Shown here: positions 1 to 9,761 of the stretch, piece after piece
How the letters are laid out: the number at the start of each line of letters is the position of its first letter
How positions within the stretch are numbered: the first letter of the stretch is position 1
Origin: an uncultured delta proteobacterium
GTDB taxonomy: Bacteria; Desulfobacterota; Binatia; JACPRU01
Length of the DNA stretch: 64,000 bases
Assembly: GCA_963745025.1 (NCBI GenBank)
Contig: CAVUWD010000005.1
Span: forward strand, 32,001-96,000
Direction: 5' to 3'
Made by a program: the position numbers and the translations under genes
Notes under the pieces: model-generated
The model's input: the letters and a program-made list of their open reading frames with translations, nothing else
What the model was told of the DNA's origin: nothing
Database searches by the model: none

Positions 1-239
1 GCGACGAGAAGCAGAATGGCGGCGAAGATGGCGGCGAGTCCGCGGCCGCGACGGCGCGACGGCGACTGCGGCATCTCGCCGGGAGTCGGCTTCCGGCTCT
101 CGACCTCGCTCGCGGTCGCGCTTCGCTTGGCCCCGCCACGGGCCTGGACGAGGATCGCGCCGCACTCGCGGCAGAACTGGGCGTCCGCGGGATTGGGGTT
201 CCCGCACGAGGGACAGAGTCGTGCCGTTTCCTCCGTCAC
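1..239 (-). CDS. Zinc-ribbon domain membrane protein (partial, runs off window start)
   Basis: Manual translation from GTG at 239 (GTGA overlap with upstream stop): MTEETARLCPSCGNPNPADAQFCRECGA... CxxC-x10-CxxC, then hydrophobic LAAIFAAILLLV; absent from ORF track because truncated. Confidence 0.75.
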   Translation of the reverse strand, partial: MTEETARLCPSCGNPNPADAQFCRECGAILVQARGGAKRSATASEVESRKPTPGEMPQSPSRRRGRGLAAIFAAILLLV

Positions 240-1363
240 CGTTTGCTTCTCCTGACGCCGAGTATCGTGGTCCGAAGCTCGCTCACTTCTTCGCTACCGA
301 GTAGCTCGGCGAGCGGCTCGAGTCGATCCTCTGAAAGCGCCCGAGCCTCGACGGGCGCCGCGACGGCGAGGCTCGCGACGATGCGGTCGCCGATTTGCGA
401 CAGCGTGGGGCGAAGCTCAGTTTCGAGATCGAGGGTGGCCTCGGTCTCGCTCGCGCGGCGCTCGATCGCCTTGGCGAGCGCGATCTGGATCGCAAAGAGC
501 GCGCGGACCGAATCGGGCTCCAGGCCGGCCGCGCGTGCGGCGCCTTCGGCCCGAGCCAAGACGGCCTGTTCACGCTCGGGATCCTCGACCGCGAGCCCGT
601 GGGCGCGCTTCCAGGCCGCGACCGCGGGCATCAGCGCGAGCCGGCGCGCGGCGAGGTCGATCAGGTTGTCGACCTCGTCGCGTGGCGACGCTCCGCCGAG
701 CCAGCGACGGCGCAGCTCCTCGAGGCGCCTCTCGTTGGCGGCGAGCCAGGCGTCGATGCGGGGGCCGAGCGCGCTCGCGCGTTGGGGCGCGATCCAGTAT
801 ACCTTGCGGTCGCGAGGCGGCTCGCAGCGGACCGCGTCGTCGGTCCGACGCGGCCGGCTCGCCGCTTCGAAGGAGTCGGTGACGAAGGCGCTCACGGCGC
901 CGCCCTCGAGGAGCGTCGGCAGCGAGAGATTGTCGTCGACCGCAACGAGCGATTGTGGCGCGAATCGTCGGCGCGCCCAGCTCTCGAGCACCCCGCCCCG
1001 ATTCACCGCGACTAGGCCGGCGGTCGGGTCGCCGACGACGCAAGGGCCACCCTGGGCGACGGCTCGGCTCATCCAGCCGATGACCGCTCGCTCCGGCCGC
1101 CAGGTGATGCCGCTCATCGCGACGTCGAACACGTTGGCGCGAGCGTTGCCGCGGAGCTCCGGCCAGCGGAAGCGAACCCACTCGATGCGCATGCCGAAGT
1201 CGCGCGCCATGGCCTCGACGGCGTCGACGTCGAAGCCCCGGCCGCGGAGCGAGAATGGCGTATAGTCATCGCTCGTCCCGACCCGCAGCACCGGTTCGGC
1301 GGCGACGACCGATCGGGCGAGCACGAGACCGACGAGAGTGGCCAGCGCCAGCGTGCTTGCCAT
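236..1363 (-). CDS. Exported cyclohexadienyl dehydratase-like (SBP family 3) domain fused to C-terminal AroQ chorismate mutase
   Basis: Signal peptide MASTLALATLVGLVLARSVVAA; PheC-like motifs LRVGTSDDYTPFS, FDVAMSGIT, VTDSFEA; chorismate mutase motif RRLALMPAVAAWK...VEDPEREQAVL. Confidence 0.8.
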   Translation of the reverse strand: MASTLALATLVGLVLARSVVAAEPVLRVGTSDDYTPFSLRGRGFDVDAVEAMARDFGMRIEWVRFRWPELRGNARANVFDVAMSGITWRPERAVIGWMSRAVAQGGPCVVGDPTAGLVAVNRGGVLESWARRRFAPQSLVAVDDNLSLPTLLEGGAVSAFVTDSFEAASRPRRTDDAVRCEPPRDRKVYWIAPQRASALGPRIDAWLAANERRLEELRRRWLGGASPRDEVDNLIDLAARRLALMPAVAAWKRAHGLAVEDPEREQAVLARAEGAARAAGLEPDSVRALFAIQIALAKAIERRASETEATLDLETELRPTLSQIGDRIVASLAVAAPVEARALSEDRLEPLAELLGSEEVSELRTTILGVRRSKR

Positions 1364-1418
1364 CGATGACGTTCTCCCATAGTCCGATGACGGCGCGACC
1401 TGGCAGGAGGATCGAACC

Positions 1419-2012
1419 GTGACGCGTCTTCGCATCGACTCCATTTCAGAAGCCATGAGCCATGCTGCGGAGCTCACCGCCGCGAGAGGGATCCAGTGGG
1501 CCGACGCCTATGCGCAGTTCCCCAGTCAGATGGGCCGACTGCTGGTCACGCGGGCGAGCTACGGTGGGCCCTTTCTCGAGCTCTTCCAAAAGATCATGTG
1601 GGATCCCGGGCCGCTGACGCGCCAAGAGCGCGAAATGATCGCCATGGTCGCCTCGCGCGCCAGTCGCTGCAAGTATTGAACGGAAATTCACGGAGAGTTT
1701 CTCCGCTTCGAAAACACCGATCCCGCGCTCGTCAAGCAGATCAAGACGGATTTCCGTTCGGCACCGATCGAGCCCCGCCACCGAGCGCTTCTCGAATACG
1801 CCGAGAAGCTCACGCTCACGCCCCACAAGATGGTCGACGGCGACGTCGACCTCCTCCGCCGCAGCGGCTGGAGCGAGGACGCGATCGTCGCCGCCACGCA
1901 CGTCGTCGGCATCTTCAACTACCTGGTGCGCCTCGCGGACGCGTTCGGGATCGAGTGGGAGCCCGAGGTCGAGGCCTCCGCCACGCATCAGCCGGAGCTC
2001 TGGAAGGACTAG
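1419..2012 (+). CDS. AhpD/carboxymuconolactone decarboxylase-family peroxidase, predicted selenoprotein (CKYU; UGA at 1677-1679)
   Basis: AGGAGG RBS then GTG; ORFs 1419-1679 and 1830-2012 are one frame; read-through gives EREMIAMVASRASRCKY-U-TEIH...ALLEYAEKLT...GWSEDAI...FNYLVRLADAFG; UGA at second Cys of the CxxC-xxx-H motif. Confidence 0.88.
1680..1705 (+). promoter_or_regulatory. Putative bacterial SECIS element
   Basis: 11 nt after UGA: stem CGGAGA (1691-1696), loop GTT, TCTCCG (1700-1705); G-first loop and spacing resemble bacterial SECIS. Confidence 0.65.
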
Positions 2013-2099
2013 GCGCGCCATCAGATTGCCGCGAATCCTCCGTCCGTTCTCACCGCGGGGTTGCATCGCGCGTGCGGAACTGGCGATACGGTGAGGCGC

Positions 2100-3221
2100 A
2101 TGGGCGCGGTCATCAGCGGAAGCGGCCTCTTCACGCCGCCCGAATCGATCTCCAACGACGAGCTCGTCGCCTCGTTCAACGAATACGCCCGTCGCTGGAA
2201 TCGCGAGCACGCCGCCGAAATCAGCGCGGGTCGAGCACGGCCGCTCGCGGAGTCGAGCAGCGAGTTCGTGGTCAAGGCGTCGGGCATCCGCAGCCGCCAC
2301 GTGGTCGACAAGCGAGGCATCCTCGATCCCGACGTGATGCGGCCGCAGATCCGCCGGCGCTCGAACGAGGAGCCGGCGCTGCTTTGCGAGATTTCGCTCG
2401 CCGCGGCGCGCCAAGCGCTCGAGCAGGCCAGACGCGAGCCCGGCGACATCGACGGGGTGCTGGTCGCCTGCTCGAATCTCGAGCGCGCCTATCCCGCGGT
2501 CGCCGTCGAGGTGCAGCATCATCTCGGAACGGGCGGCTACGCGTTCGACCTGAACGTCGCGTGCGCTTCGGCGGCATTCGGCGTGCAGGTCGCGGTCGAC
2601 GCGGTGGCCCGCGGCAGCGCCCGGGCGGTGCTCGTGGTGAATCCCGAGGTCTGCAGTGCGCATCTGAACTTTCGCGACCGCGACAGCCACTTCATCTTCG
2701 GCGATGCGGCGACTGCCCTGGTCATCGAGGCCGCGCCACGCGACCCGTCCGGCCCGCACACCTTCGAGGTGCTTGGCACGCGGTTGCTGACGCGTTTCTC
2801 GAACAACATCCGAAACAACTTCGGCTTCCTGAACCGCTGCGAGCTGCCGCCGCGCGACCCCGACGAGCTGCTCTTCGTTCAGGATGGCCGCCAGGTCTTC
2901 AAGGAAGTCGTGCCGATCGTCTCCGCGCTGATCTCGCGCGAGCTCGGCGAACTCGGCATCGAGGTGTCGGCGGTCAAGCGCTTCTGGCTCCACCAGGCCA
3001 ACCTCAGCATGAACGAGCTGATCCTGAAGCGCGTGCTCGGCCGAGCGGCGGACGAGAGCGCGGCACCGATCGTCCTCGACGAGTACGCGAACACGAGCTC
3101 GGCGGGGTCGGTGATCGCCTTTCACAAGCATCACGAAGGCTTCGTCAAAGGAGACCTCGGCGTGCTCTGCGCGTTCGGGGCGGGGTACTCCGCGGGAATT
3201 GCGGTTCTTCGTAAGCTCTAG
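2100..3221 (+). CDS. fabH: Beta-ketoacyl-ACP synthase III (long FabH-like type)
   Basis: FDLNVACASAAFG (catalytic Cys), HFIFGDAATA, WLHQAN, EYANTSSAGS, FGAGYS. Confidence 0.9.
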   Translation: MGAVISGSGLFTPPESISNDELVASFNEYARRWNREHAAEISAGRARPLAESSSEFVVKASGIRSRHVVDKRGILDPDVMRPQIRRRSNEEPALLCEISLAAARQALEQARREPGDIDGVLVACSNLERAYPAVAVEVQHHLGTGGYAFDLNVACASAAFGVQVAVDAVARGSARAVLVVNPEVCSAHLNFRDRDSHFIFGDAATALVIEAAPRDPSGPHTFEVLGTRLLTRFSNNIRNNFGFLNRCELPPRDPDELLFVQDGRQVFKEVVPIVSALISRELGELGIEVSAVKRFWLHQANLSMNELILKRVLGRAADESAAPIVLDEYANTSSAGSVIAFHKHHEGFVKGDLGVLCAFGAGYSAGIAVLRKL

Positions 3222-3245
3222 CGGCGGTCCGGATCGAGCGGACGG

Positions 3246-4604
3246 CTAGGCGGACGCTAGTTTCGGCAGCCGCTCGAGCGAGGCGGCGATCGCCGCGGCG
3301 GGATGCTGGTAGTCCTCGAGCTCGCCGCGGAAGTACTGGTCGTAGGCCGCCATGTCGAAGTGGCCGTGCCCCGAGAGGTTGAAGAAGAGGACGCGCGGCT
3401 CGCCGCGCTGCTTGCACTCGAGCGCCTCGTCGATCACGGCGCGGATCGCGTGACTCGCCTCTGGCGCCGGCACGATGCCCTCGGTGCGAGCGAAGGTCAC
3501 GCCGGCCTCGAAGGTCGCGAGCTGCGGCACGGCCTGCGCCTCGACGAGGCCTTCGCGGACGAGCTGTGAGACGAGCGGCGAGTCGCCGTGATAGCGGAGG
3601 CCTCCCGCGTGGATCCGCGGCGGTACGAAGTCGTGACCGAGCGTGTACATGAGCAGGAGCGGCGTGAGGCCCGCGGTGTCCCCGAAGTCGTAGGCGTAGT
3701 GTCCGCGGGTGAGCGTGGGGCACGACGTCGGCTCGACGGCGACGAGGCGGATGCGACGGCCGGCGGCCTTGTCGGCGAAGAAGGGAAACGCGACGCCGCC
3801 GAAATTCGAGCCGCCGCCGCAGCAGGCGAAGACGGCGTCGGGATACTCGCCAAGCGTCTCGAACTGCTTTTTCGCTTCCAAGCCGATCACGGTCTGGTGG
3901 AGCAGCACGTGGTTGAGGACCGATCCGAGGGCGTAGTTCGTGTCCTTCCGCGACGCAGCTTCCTCGACCGCCTCGGAGATGGCGATCCCGAGCGAGCCCG
4001 GCGAATCCACGTCGCCCGCCAGGATCTTCTTGCCCGACTCCGTATTGCGGCTCGGGCTGGCGATGACCTCGGCGCCCCAGGTCTCCATCAGCGAGCGGCG
4101 GAAGGGCTTCTGCTCGTAGCTGACGCGCACCATGTAGACCCGCACGGAGATGCCGAAGAGCTGTCCGGCGAGCGCGAGCGCCGAGCCCCATTGGCCCGCG
4201 CCGGTTTCGGTGGCGAGCCGATGAATGCCGGCTTCGGCGTTGTAGAAGGCCTGCGCCACGGCGGTGTTCGGCTTGTGCGACCCTGCCGGGCTCACGCCCT
4301 CGTACTTGTAGTAGATGCGCGCCGGCGTTCCGAGCGCGGCTTCGAGCCGGTGGGCGCGAAAGAGCGGACTCGGACGCCAGAGCCGGTAGGCCTCACGCAC
4401 CGATTCGGGGATGGAGATCCAACGCTCGCGCGAGACCTCTTGCTCGATGAGCGCCGTGGGAAAGATCGCCGCAAGTGCCTCGGGGCCGATGCGCTTGCCG
4501 TCGGGGCCGAGCGGCGGGGCGGGAGGATTCGGCATGTCCGCGACGACGTTGTACCACTGGCGCGGGATCTCGGATTCGTCGAGAAGGACTTTCGTTTGCG
4601 GCAC
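3246..4604 (-). CDS. trpB: Tryptophan synthase beta chain type 2 (TrpB2), no trpA adjacent
   Basis: [17 protein letters not shown] (PLP Lys), [47 protein letters not shown]. Confidence 0.95.
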   Translation of the reverse strand: MPQTKVLLDESEIPRQWYNVVADMPNPPAPPLGPDGKRIGPEALAAIFPTALIEQEVSRERWISIPESVREAYRLWRPSPLFRAHRLEAALGTPARIYYKYEGVSPAGSHKPNTAVAQAFYNAEAGIHRLATETGAGQWGSALALAGQLFGISVRVYMVRVSYEQKPFRRSLMETWGAEVIASPSRNTESGKKILAGDVDSPGSLGIAISEAVEEAASRKDTNYALGSVLNHVLLHQTVIGLEAKKQFETLGEYPDAVFACCGGGSNFGGVAFPFFADKAAGRRIRLVAVEPTSCPTLTRGHYAYDFGDTAGLTPLLLMYTLGHDFVPPRIHAGGLRYHGDSPLVSQLVREGLVEAQAVPQLATFEAGVTFARTEGIVPAPEASHAIRAVIDEALECKQRGEPRVLFFNLSGHGHFDMAAYDQYFRGELEDYQHPAAAIAASLERLPKLASA

Positions 4605-4635
4605 GAGGCCTCCCGGGGAGCGTTCTACGCCTGGT

Positions 4636-6159
4636 CTACGCTCGAACCGCCGCGGGCTTCGTCCCTTCGCCCATCCGCGAATCGAGCGGGGTCGCGAAGG
4701 ACGCGTCCGTCCCGCCCCACTCGCCCAGATGAGCGCACCGCCGCGTGAACTCCAACAGGGGCTTGACGTCGAACTCCCGGACCATCGTCAGCTTCTGCGT
4801 CTCCAGGGATCCCTCGGCGTGAATGGATAAGATCTCGTGGTAGCCGCCGATCTCGGAAGCCATCATGTCCCGGATCAGGTTCATGAGGCGCAGCCGGTCG
4901 CGCGTCGGGACGCCTTTCTTCCCTCCCAGGTACTTCTCGATGTCGCGGGCCGTTTCGGGATTCGCAAGGTCTTCCTCGGCCGGCCCCGTCACCAGCAGGC
5001 CGCCGGCGATGTCCTGCACGTTGCGCACCATGACGTGATAGTTCTCCGCGAAGTGGAACTTGGCGGCGTTCGAGAGCACGGGGTCCGGCACCGCGATGCC
5101 GCCATCCAGCGTGCGGTGCTGGATAGCCGACATCTTGGTGAGCCCCAGCACCGCCTCCCGGTAGTTGATGAGGCGAGCGAGCTTCTCCCGCACGTGGTTC
5201 GCCTTGGTGATCCCGTTGTAGTCGGCCATGAGCATCGCGGCACCCACCATCAGGTCGATCCAGGGCAGCTTGTAGGACGCGGCGGTGAACCGGTGGAACT
5301 GGACGAAGGTGTTGGCGATGGCCCCTGCGTACTGCCACTCTCCGTCCAGAAACACGCGCTCCCAGGGGACGAAGACGTCGTCGAAGATGGTGAGGGTGTC
5401 CACGATCTTGTGGCGCGCGCCGATGGGGTGGTGGAACTCCGACGGTGCGGCCTCGCTGAATGGGCTCATAATCATCCGCAGGCCCTTGACGTTGGCCGGC
5501 ACGGCGAAGGCCACGGCGTAGTCCCGATCCTCCTCGCCCAGAGCGCGTGTGGGCAGTACGGCGATCTCATTGGCCAGGATCGAGCCGGTGGTATGGGCCT
5601 TGGCCCCCCGCACCACGATGCCATCCTTGTTTCGGGAGACCACCCGCACGTAGTAATCCGGGTGCGCCTGCTCCGTGGGGCCGAGGGAGCGATCCCCCTT
5701 CACGTCGGTCTGGGCCACGGCCATGGCCACATCCCGTTCCTGGCAAGAGGCGTGGTAGCGCTCCAGGCGGGGAAGATAGTCCGCCTTGCCCTTGGCGGCC
5801 ATGTGGGTGGCCACGGCGCGCATCGCGAAGAGGAAGTCCGTGCCGATCTCTTTGATCAGAAGGACCACGCCGTGCCCCGCCCGGGTGCTGGCCTCGATGC
5901 ACTCGCGGCGACGGAGCAGATCGTCGCCGTTTCGGGGGATCTTGAAGTAGCGGCTGTGCCGCACCCCCTGTTCGTCGACGTAGGTCAGCAGATCCCGCTG
6001 CTCGGGCTCCTCGGCGATGCGGTAGTCCGCCGCCACGTGGTCGACGGCCCGGCGCGTCACCGGATGCTCGGTGACATCCTTTACCCGCTCGCCCTTATAG
6101 TAGACGACTCGCCCATCGCGCAGACTGTCCACGAACTCCTTCGGTGATTTCAATCCCAT
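4636..6159 (-). CDS. HpaB / 4-hydroxybutyryl-CoA dehydratase family flavoprotein
   Basis: [59 protein letters not shown]. Confidence 0.88.
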   Translation of the reverse strand: MGLKSPKEFVDSLRDGRVVYYKGERVKDVTEHPVTRRAVDHVAADYRIAEEPEQRDLLTYVDEQGVRHSRYFKIPRNGDDLLRRRECIEASTRAGHGVVLLIKEIGTDFLFAMRAVATHMAAKGKADYLPRLERYHASCQERDVAMAVAQTDVKGDRSLGPTEQAHPDYYVRVVSRNKDGIVVRGAKAHTTGSILANEIAVLPTRALGEEDRDYAVAFAVPANVKGLRMIMSPFSEAAPSEFHHPIGARHKIVDTLTIFDDVFVPWERVFLDGEWQYAGAIANTFVQFHRFTAASYKLPWIDLMVGAAMLMADYNGITKANHVREKLARLINYREAVLGLTKMSAIQHRTLDGGIAVPDPVLSNAAKFHFAENYHVMVRNVQDIAGGLLVTGPAEEDLANPETARDIEKYLGGKKGVPTRDRLRLMNLIRDMMASEIGGYHEILSIHAEGSLETQKLTMVREFDVKPLLEFTRRCAHLGEWGGTDASFATPLDSRMGEGTKPAAVRA

Positions 6160-6186
6160 GGCTCGCTCCTTCTCACGGCGTTCGGT

Positions 6187-6300
6187 CCTTGACCGTTAGT
6201 CCTCAGTCTAGGGATGAGGACGCAGGGCAACGCGTTGCCCCCTCGGTCTCATTGCTGTTGCCTCATACCTCGTTCCTCATCCCTGGGCTAATGGTTAGGT
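6187..6300. repeat. Long imperfect intergenic inverted repeat with internal perfect palindrome
   Basis: AGGGATGAGGA (6210-6220) / TCCTCATCCCT (6274-6284), outer arms GACCGTTAG / CTAATGGTT, internal palindrome GGGCAACGCGTTGCCC (6225-6240). Confidence 0.6.
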
Positions 6301-6315
6301 CAGCTAGCCAGCGTT

Positions 6316-6346
6316 TATCGCTTCCGCTATCCGACGTTTCGAGAAG
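6316..6346 (+). repeat. 31 bp exact duplicate of sequence near the 3' end of the downstream SDR gene (7567-7597)
   Basis: TATCGCTTCCGCTATCCGACGTTTCGAGAAG present at both positions. Confidence 0.9.
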
Positions 6347-6689
6347 ATCATGTGGGACCCCGGACCGTTGGCGCGGGCGGAGCGCGAGATGATCGCCATG
6401 GTCGCCTCGCGCGCCAGCCGCTGCAGGTATTGAACGGAGATCCAAGGAGAGTTTCTCCGCACCGATCCGGCGCTCGCCAAGCAGATCAAGAGTGATTTTC
6501 GCTCGGCGCCGATCGAACCCCGCCACCGCGCGCTTCTGGAATACGCAGAGAAGCTCACGCTGACCCCCTACAAGATTGTCGACGAGGACCTCGACCGTCT
6601 CCGCGACAGCGGCTGGAGCGAGGATGCGATCGTCGCCGCCACGCACGTCATCGGCATCTTCAATTACCTGGTGCGTCTCGCGGACGCGT
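6344..6689 (+). pseudogene. Internal fragment of a diverged second copy of the AhpD-like selenoprotein gene
   Basis: Aligns to 1590-1944 with many substitutions and a 9 bp in-frame deletion; CRY-TGA (6431-6433) and GGAGA-GTT-TCTCC hairpin kept; His changed to Gln; 5' part missing (in-frame TAG at 6305). Confidence 0.85.
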
Positions 6690-6780
6690 CCCGCTCGGTG
6701 TCTGCCCGAATCGCCGCCCGTTTTGCCGCTTCGCCCATGCCCCCGTTTTCTGGCAGAAAGCGGGGCGAGGGCAAGAGTGG

Positions 6781-7641
6781 ATGGCGCGAGTGCTGATCGC
6801 AGGCTGCGGCTACGTCGGGACGGCGCTCGTCGCTCGCCTCGCCGCCGACGGCCACGCGGTGTGGACACTCCGCCGCAGCGGGGCGGCGCCGGCCCCCGGC
6901 GCCACGGCGATTCGGGCGGATCTCAGCGATGTCGACGCGCTGCGCCGCTTGCCGCCGCGTCTGGAAAACGTCTTTTACACGGCATCGGCCGACGGCATGG
7001 ACGACCGTGCGTATCGCACCGCATACGTCGACGGCCTTCGCCACCTCCTCGCGGCGCTCGACGGCCATCCGATCCGGCGGATCGTCTTCGCCTCGAGTAC
7101 CGGCGTCTACGCCCAGTCCCACGGCGAGTGGGTGGACGAGGAGTCTCCCGCCGAGCCGACGCATTTCTCTGGGAAGCGACTCCTGGAGGGCGAGCGCCTG
7201 CTCGCGCTCGCCCGCTTCCCGGCTACCGTCGTGCGCTTCGCGGGCATCTACGGCCCGGGCCGGGCGCGGCTCGTCGAGCGGGTGCGGCGGGGGGAAGCGG
7301 TCGTTCCGGGGGAAGGTCCAGTTTATGCCAATCGCATCCACCGCGATGACTGTGCGGGGGTTCTCCGGCACGTGATGAATCTCGAGCGTGCCGACCCGCT
7401 GTATCTCGCGGCGGACGAAAAGCCGGCCGAGATCGCCGTCGTGTTGCGTTGGATCGCCGAGCGCCTGGGAGTCTCGCCTCCGAGGGTGGACCGGCCTCGG
7501 GTGGCGGGTCGCGAGGGCCGCGCGTCCAACAAGAGGGTCCGCAGCGCTCGGCTCCTGGCTACCGGCTATCGCTTCCGCTATCCGACGTTTCGAGAAGGTT
7601 ACGGGGCACTGATCGTCGGCGGCGCAACCGCGGGGACCTGA
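6781..7641 (+). CDS. Atypical SDR / NAD-dependent epimerase (YeeZ-like)
   Basis: VLIAGCGYVG, FASSTGVY, RFAGIYGPGR, NRIHRDD, FRYPTFREG. Confidence 0.9.
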   Translation: MARVLIAGCGYVGTALVARLAADGHAVWTLRRSGAAPAPGATAIRADLSDVDALRRLPPRLENVFYTASADGMDDRAYRTAYVDGLRHLLAALDGHPIRRIVFASSTGVYAQSHGEWVDEESPAEPTHFSGKRLLEGERLLALARFPATVVRFAGIYGPGRARLVERVRRGEAVVPGEGPVYANRIHRDDCAGVLRHVMNLERADPLYLAADEKPAEIAVVLRWIAERLGVSPPRVDRPRVAGREGRASNKRVRSARLLATGYRFRYPTFREGYGALIVGGATAGT

Positions 7642-7643
7642 AC

Positions 7644-8687
7644 ATGGAAGAACAATCGCGGATCCGGGGAATCAACCTCGAGAACGTGACGCGCTGGTTC
7701 GAGCGTCACATCGAGGGCGCGAAGACGCCGCTCGAGTTCACGCTGATCGCGGGCGGGCACTCGAATCTCACGTTCAAGGTGGCGGACGCCGCGGGTGCGG
7801 AGTTCGTGCTCCGCCGCCCGCCACTTTCGCACGTGCTTGCGAGCGCGCACGACATGGGGCGCGAGCACAGGATCATTTCGGCGCTCTGGCCGACCGCCGT
7901 GCCGGTGCCCCAGCCGCTCGGCTTCTGTCCGGATCCCGAGGTCAACGGCGCGCCGTTTTACGTCATGCGGTTCGTCCCTGGAGTGGTGCTGCACGACGCG
8001 GAGATCGCAATCCGTTCGCTGGGCGAGGTGGAGCGGCGCTCCACCGGCGAATCGTTCGTGGACGTGCTGTCGGATCTCCACGCCGTGGACGTCGACGCCG
8101 TCGGTCTCGGCGACTTCGCCAAGAAGGAGGACTACATCGCGCGCCAGCTCAAGCGTTGGTACGGCCAATTCCAGCAATCCAAGACGCGTGAGCTTCCCAC
8201 CATCGACCGCGTGCACGACGTCCTGAAGGCGCGCATCCCACCACAGGGAAGGGCCTCGGTCGTACACGGCGACTATCGCCTCGGCAACTGCATCACCGAC
8301 CCGAAGCGGGGCAAGATCGTCGCGGTCCTCGATTGGGAGATCTGCACGCTTGGGGATCCGCTCGCTGACGTCGGCTATGTGCTCGCCACGTGGACACAGT
8401 CGACCGATCAGGTCGCGGGCACGCCCGGCGCGCCCTCTCTCGCCCCCGGCTTCCCGAACCGGCAAGAGATCTTCGAGCGCTACGCGAAACGCTCGGGCCG
8501 CGATCTCTCGAAGATCGACTACTACGTCGCGTTTTCCTTGTGGAAGAGCGCCTGCATCGTCGAGGGCGTCTACGCCCGCTATCTCGGCGGCGCGCTCGGC
8601 AAGACGGACGTCAACCTCGATCAGTTCAAAAACCGCATCGACGCGTTCGCCGAGCTCGCCGCGCAGGCGGTCGCGCGGTTTGCGTAG
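7644..8687 (+). CDS. Phosphotransferase family protein (APH / ACAD10-11 N-terminal-like)
   Basis: GGHSNLTF, VLRRPP, AHDMGREHR, VHGDYRLGN, VLDWEICTLGDPLAD. Confidence 0.92.
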   Translation: MEEQSRIRGINLENVTRWFERHIEGAKTPLEFTLIAGGHSNLTFKVADAAGAEFVLRRPPLSHVLASAHDMGREHRIISALWPTAVPVPQPLGFCPDPEVNGAPFYVMRFVPGVVLHDAEIAIRSLGEVERRSTGESFVDVLSDLHAVDVDAVGLGDFAKKEDYIARQLKRWYGQFQQSKTRELPTIDRVHDVLKARIPPQGRASVVHGDYRLGNCITDPKRGKIVAVLDWEICTLGDPLADVGYVLATWTQSTDQVAGTPGAPSLAPGFPNRQEIFERYAKRSGRDLSKIDYYVAFSLWKSACIVEGVYARYLGGALGKTDVNLDQFKNRIDAFAELAAQAVARFA

Positions 8688-8911
8688 AGACGTTTCGCGG
8701 CCACCTCGGGCGGGTTGCCTTTATCCCGGTCGCACCCTGGCCGGACGTGCGCGAGTCGTCGCAGCAGCGACGCGCACGTGACGAAGCGTCGCGAGCGCCG
8801 TCTCGGAGAATCGCGCACGATCCTCGACCCTCTCGCGTTCTAGCCGATGGAGGGGTGGCAGCGGATCGGCTAGGCGGCGGTCAACGGCGAACCGTAGAGC
8901 CACCGGCTCGG

Positions 8912-9709
8912 TCACGACGTCGTCTCCCTCGCCGTGTGTTCGACGGCGTCAGACAGACGCGATCGGCGCATCAGCCACGCCATGCCGAGCATGTCGACGA
9001 TTCCGGTCCACAGGCGGTTGTGAATGCCGTAGTGCGACTGTCCCCTGGTGCGCGGGCGGTGACTCACTGGCACCGACAGCACCCGGCCGCCCGCGCGGAG
9101 CACGAGCGCCGGCAGGAAGCGGTGCATGTGGTCGAAGTAGGGCAGCGCGAGGAACAGGTCCCGCGCGAATAGCTTGAGGCCGCAGCCGGTGTCGAGCGTG
9201 TGGTCCCGCAGGAACGCTCGGCGGACGGCGTTGGCGATCCGCGACGAGGCGCGCGTCACGAAGGTGTCGCGCCGCGTCGTGCGCTGGCCGGCGATGAGAA
9301 GCCACCGCCCGTCCGCCGCCTCTCGGTAGCGGGCGAGGAGCGCGGGGATGTCGGCGGGGTCGTTCTGCCCGTCGCCGTCGAGGGTCGCGATGAGCGGCGC
9401 CCGCGCGAACCGGACGCCCGTGTGCAGCGCCGTGCTCTGGCCGGCATTGCGGCCGTGGCGGATGATTCGAAGCTCGGACATGGACGCGCCGCAGGCGTCG
9501 AGACATGCGAGGGTGTCGTCGGCGCTCTTGTCATCCACGACGACGATCTCGAACGGCAAGATCCCAACCAGTGCGCGGCGGATCTCATCCAGCAGCGGTC
9601 CAATGCTCTCCGCCTCGTTGTGCACGGGGACGACGACCGACAGTTCGGGGGCGCTCACGGGGACCGTGCTTTCTTCTTCAGAATGACAGGAAATGGGTCG
9701 CGGTGCCAC
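8912..9709 (-). CDS. GT2 polyprenyl-phosphate glycosyltransferase (ArnC/DPM1-like); true start may be near 9658
   Basis: LSVVVPVHNEAE, VVDDKSAD, NAGQSTAL, TLDGDGQNDPAD, DTGCGLKLF, MHRFLPAL. Confidence 0.9.
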   Translation of the reverse strand: MAPRPISCHSEEESTVPVSAPELSVVVPVHNEAESIGPLLDEIRRALVGILPFEIVVVDDKSADDTLACLDACGASMSELRIIRHGRNAGQSTALHTGVRFARAPLIATLDGDGQNDPADIPALLARYREAADGRWLLIAGQRTTRRDTFVTRASSRIANAVRRAFLRDHTLDTGCGLKLFARDLFLALPYFDHMHRFLPALVLRAGGRVLSVPVSHRPRTRGQSHYGIHNRLWTGIVDMLGMAWLMRRSRLSDAVEHTARETTS

Positions 9710-9761
9710 GGTCAGCGCTCAGTGCCTGCCTTCCTCGCCATCCGCGCCGTAGGCGGTGTTC

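Noticed and set aside
1419-2012. AhpD as two genes or a nonsense pseudogene
   Set aside because: TGA is at the Cys column, is followed by a hairpin and is kept in a diverged copy
6187-6300. Bona fide integron attC
   Set aside because: Left core lacks AAC; no integrase and no second site seen
8721-8915. 64 aa ORF coupled to the GT2 stop
   Set aside because: No recognisable family; at most a truncated remnant
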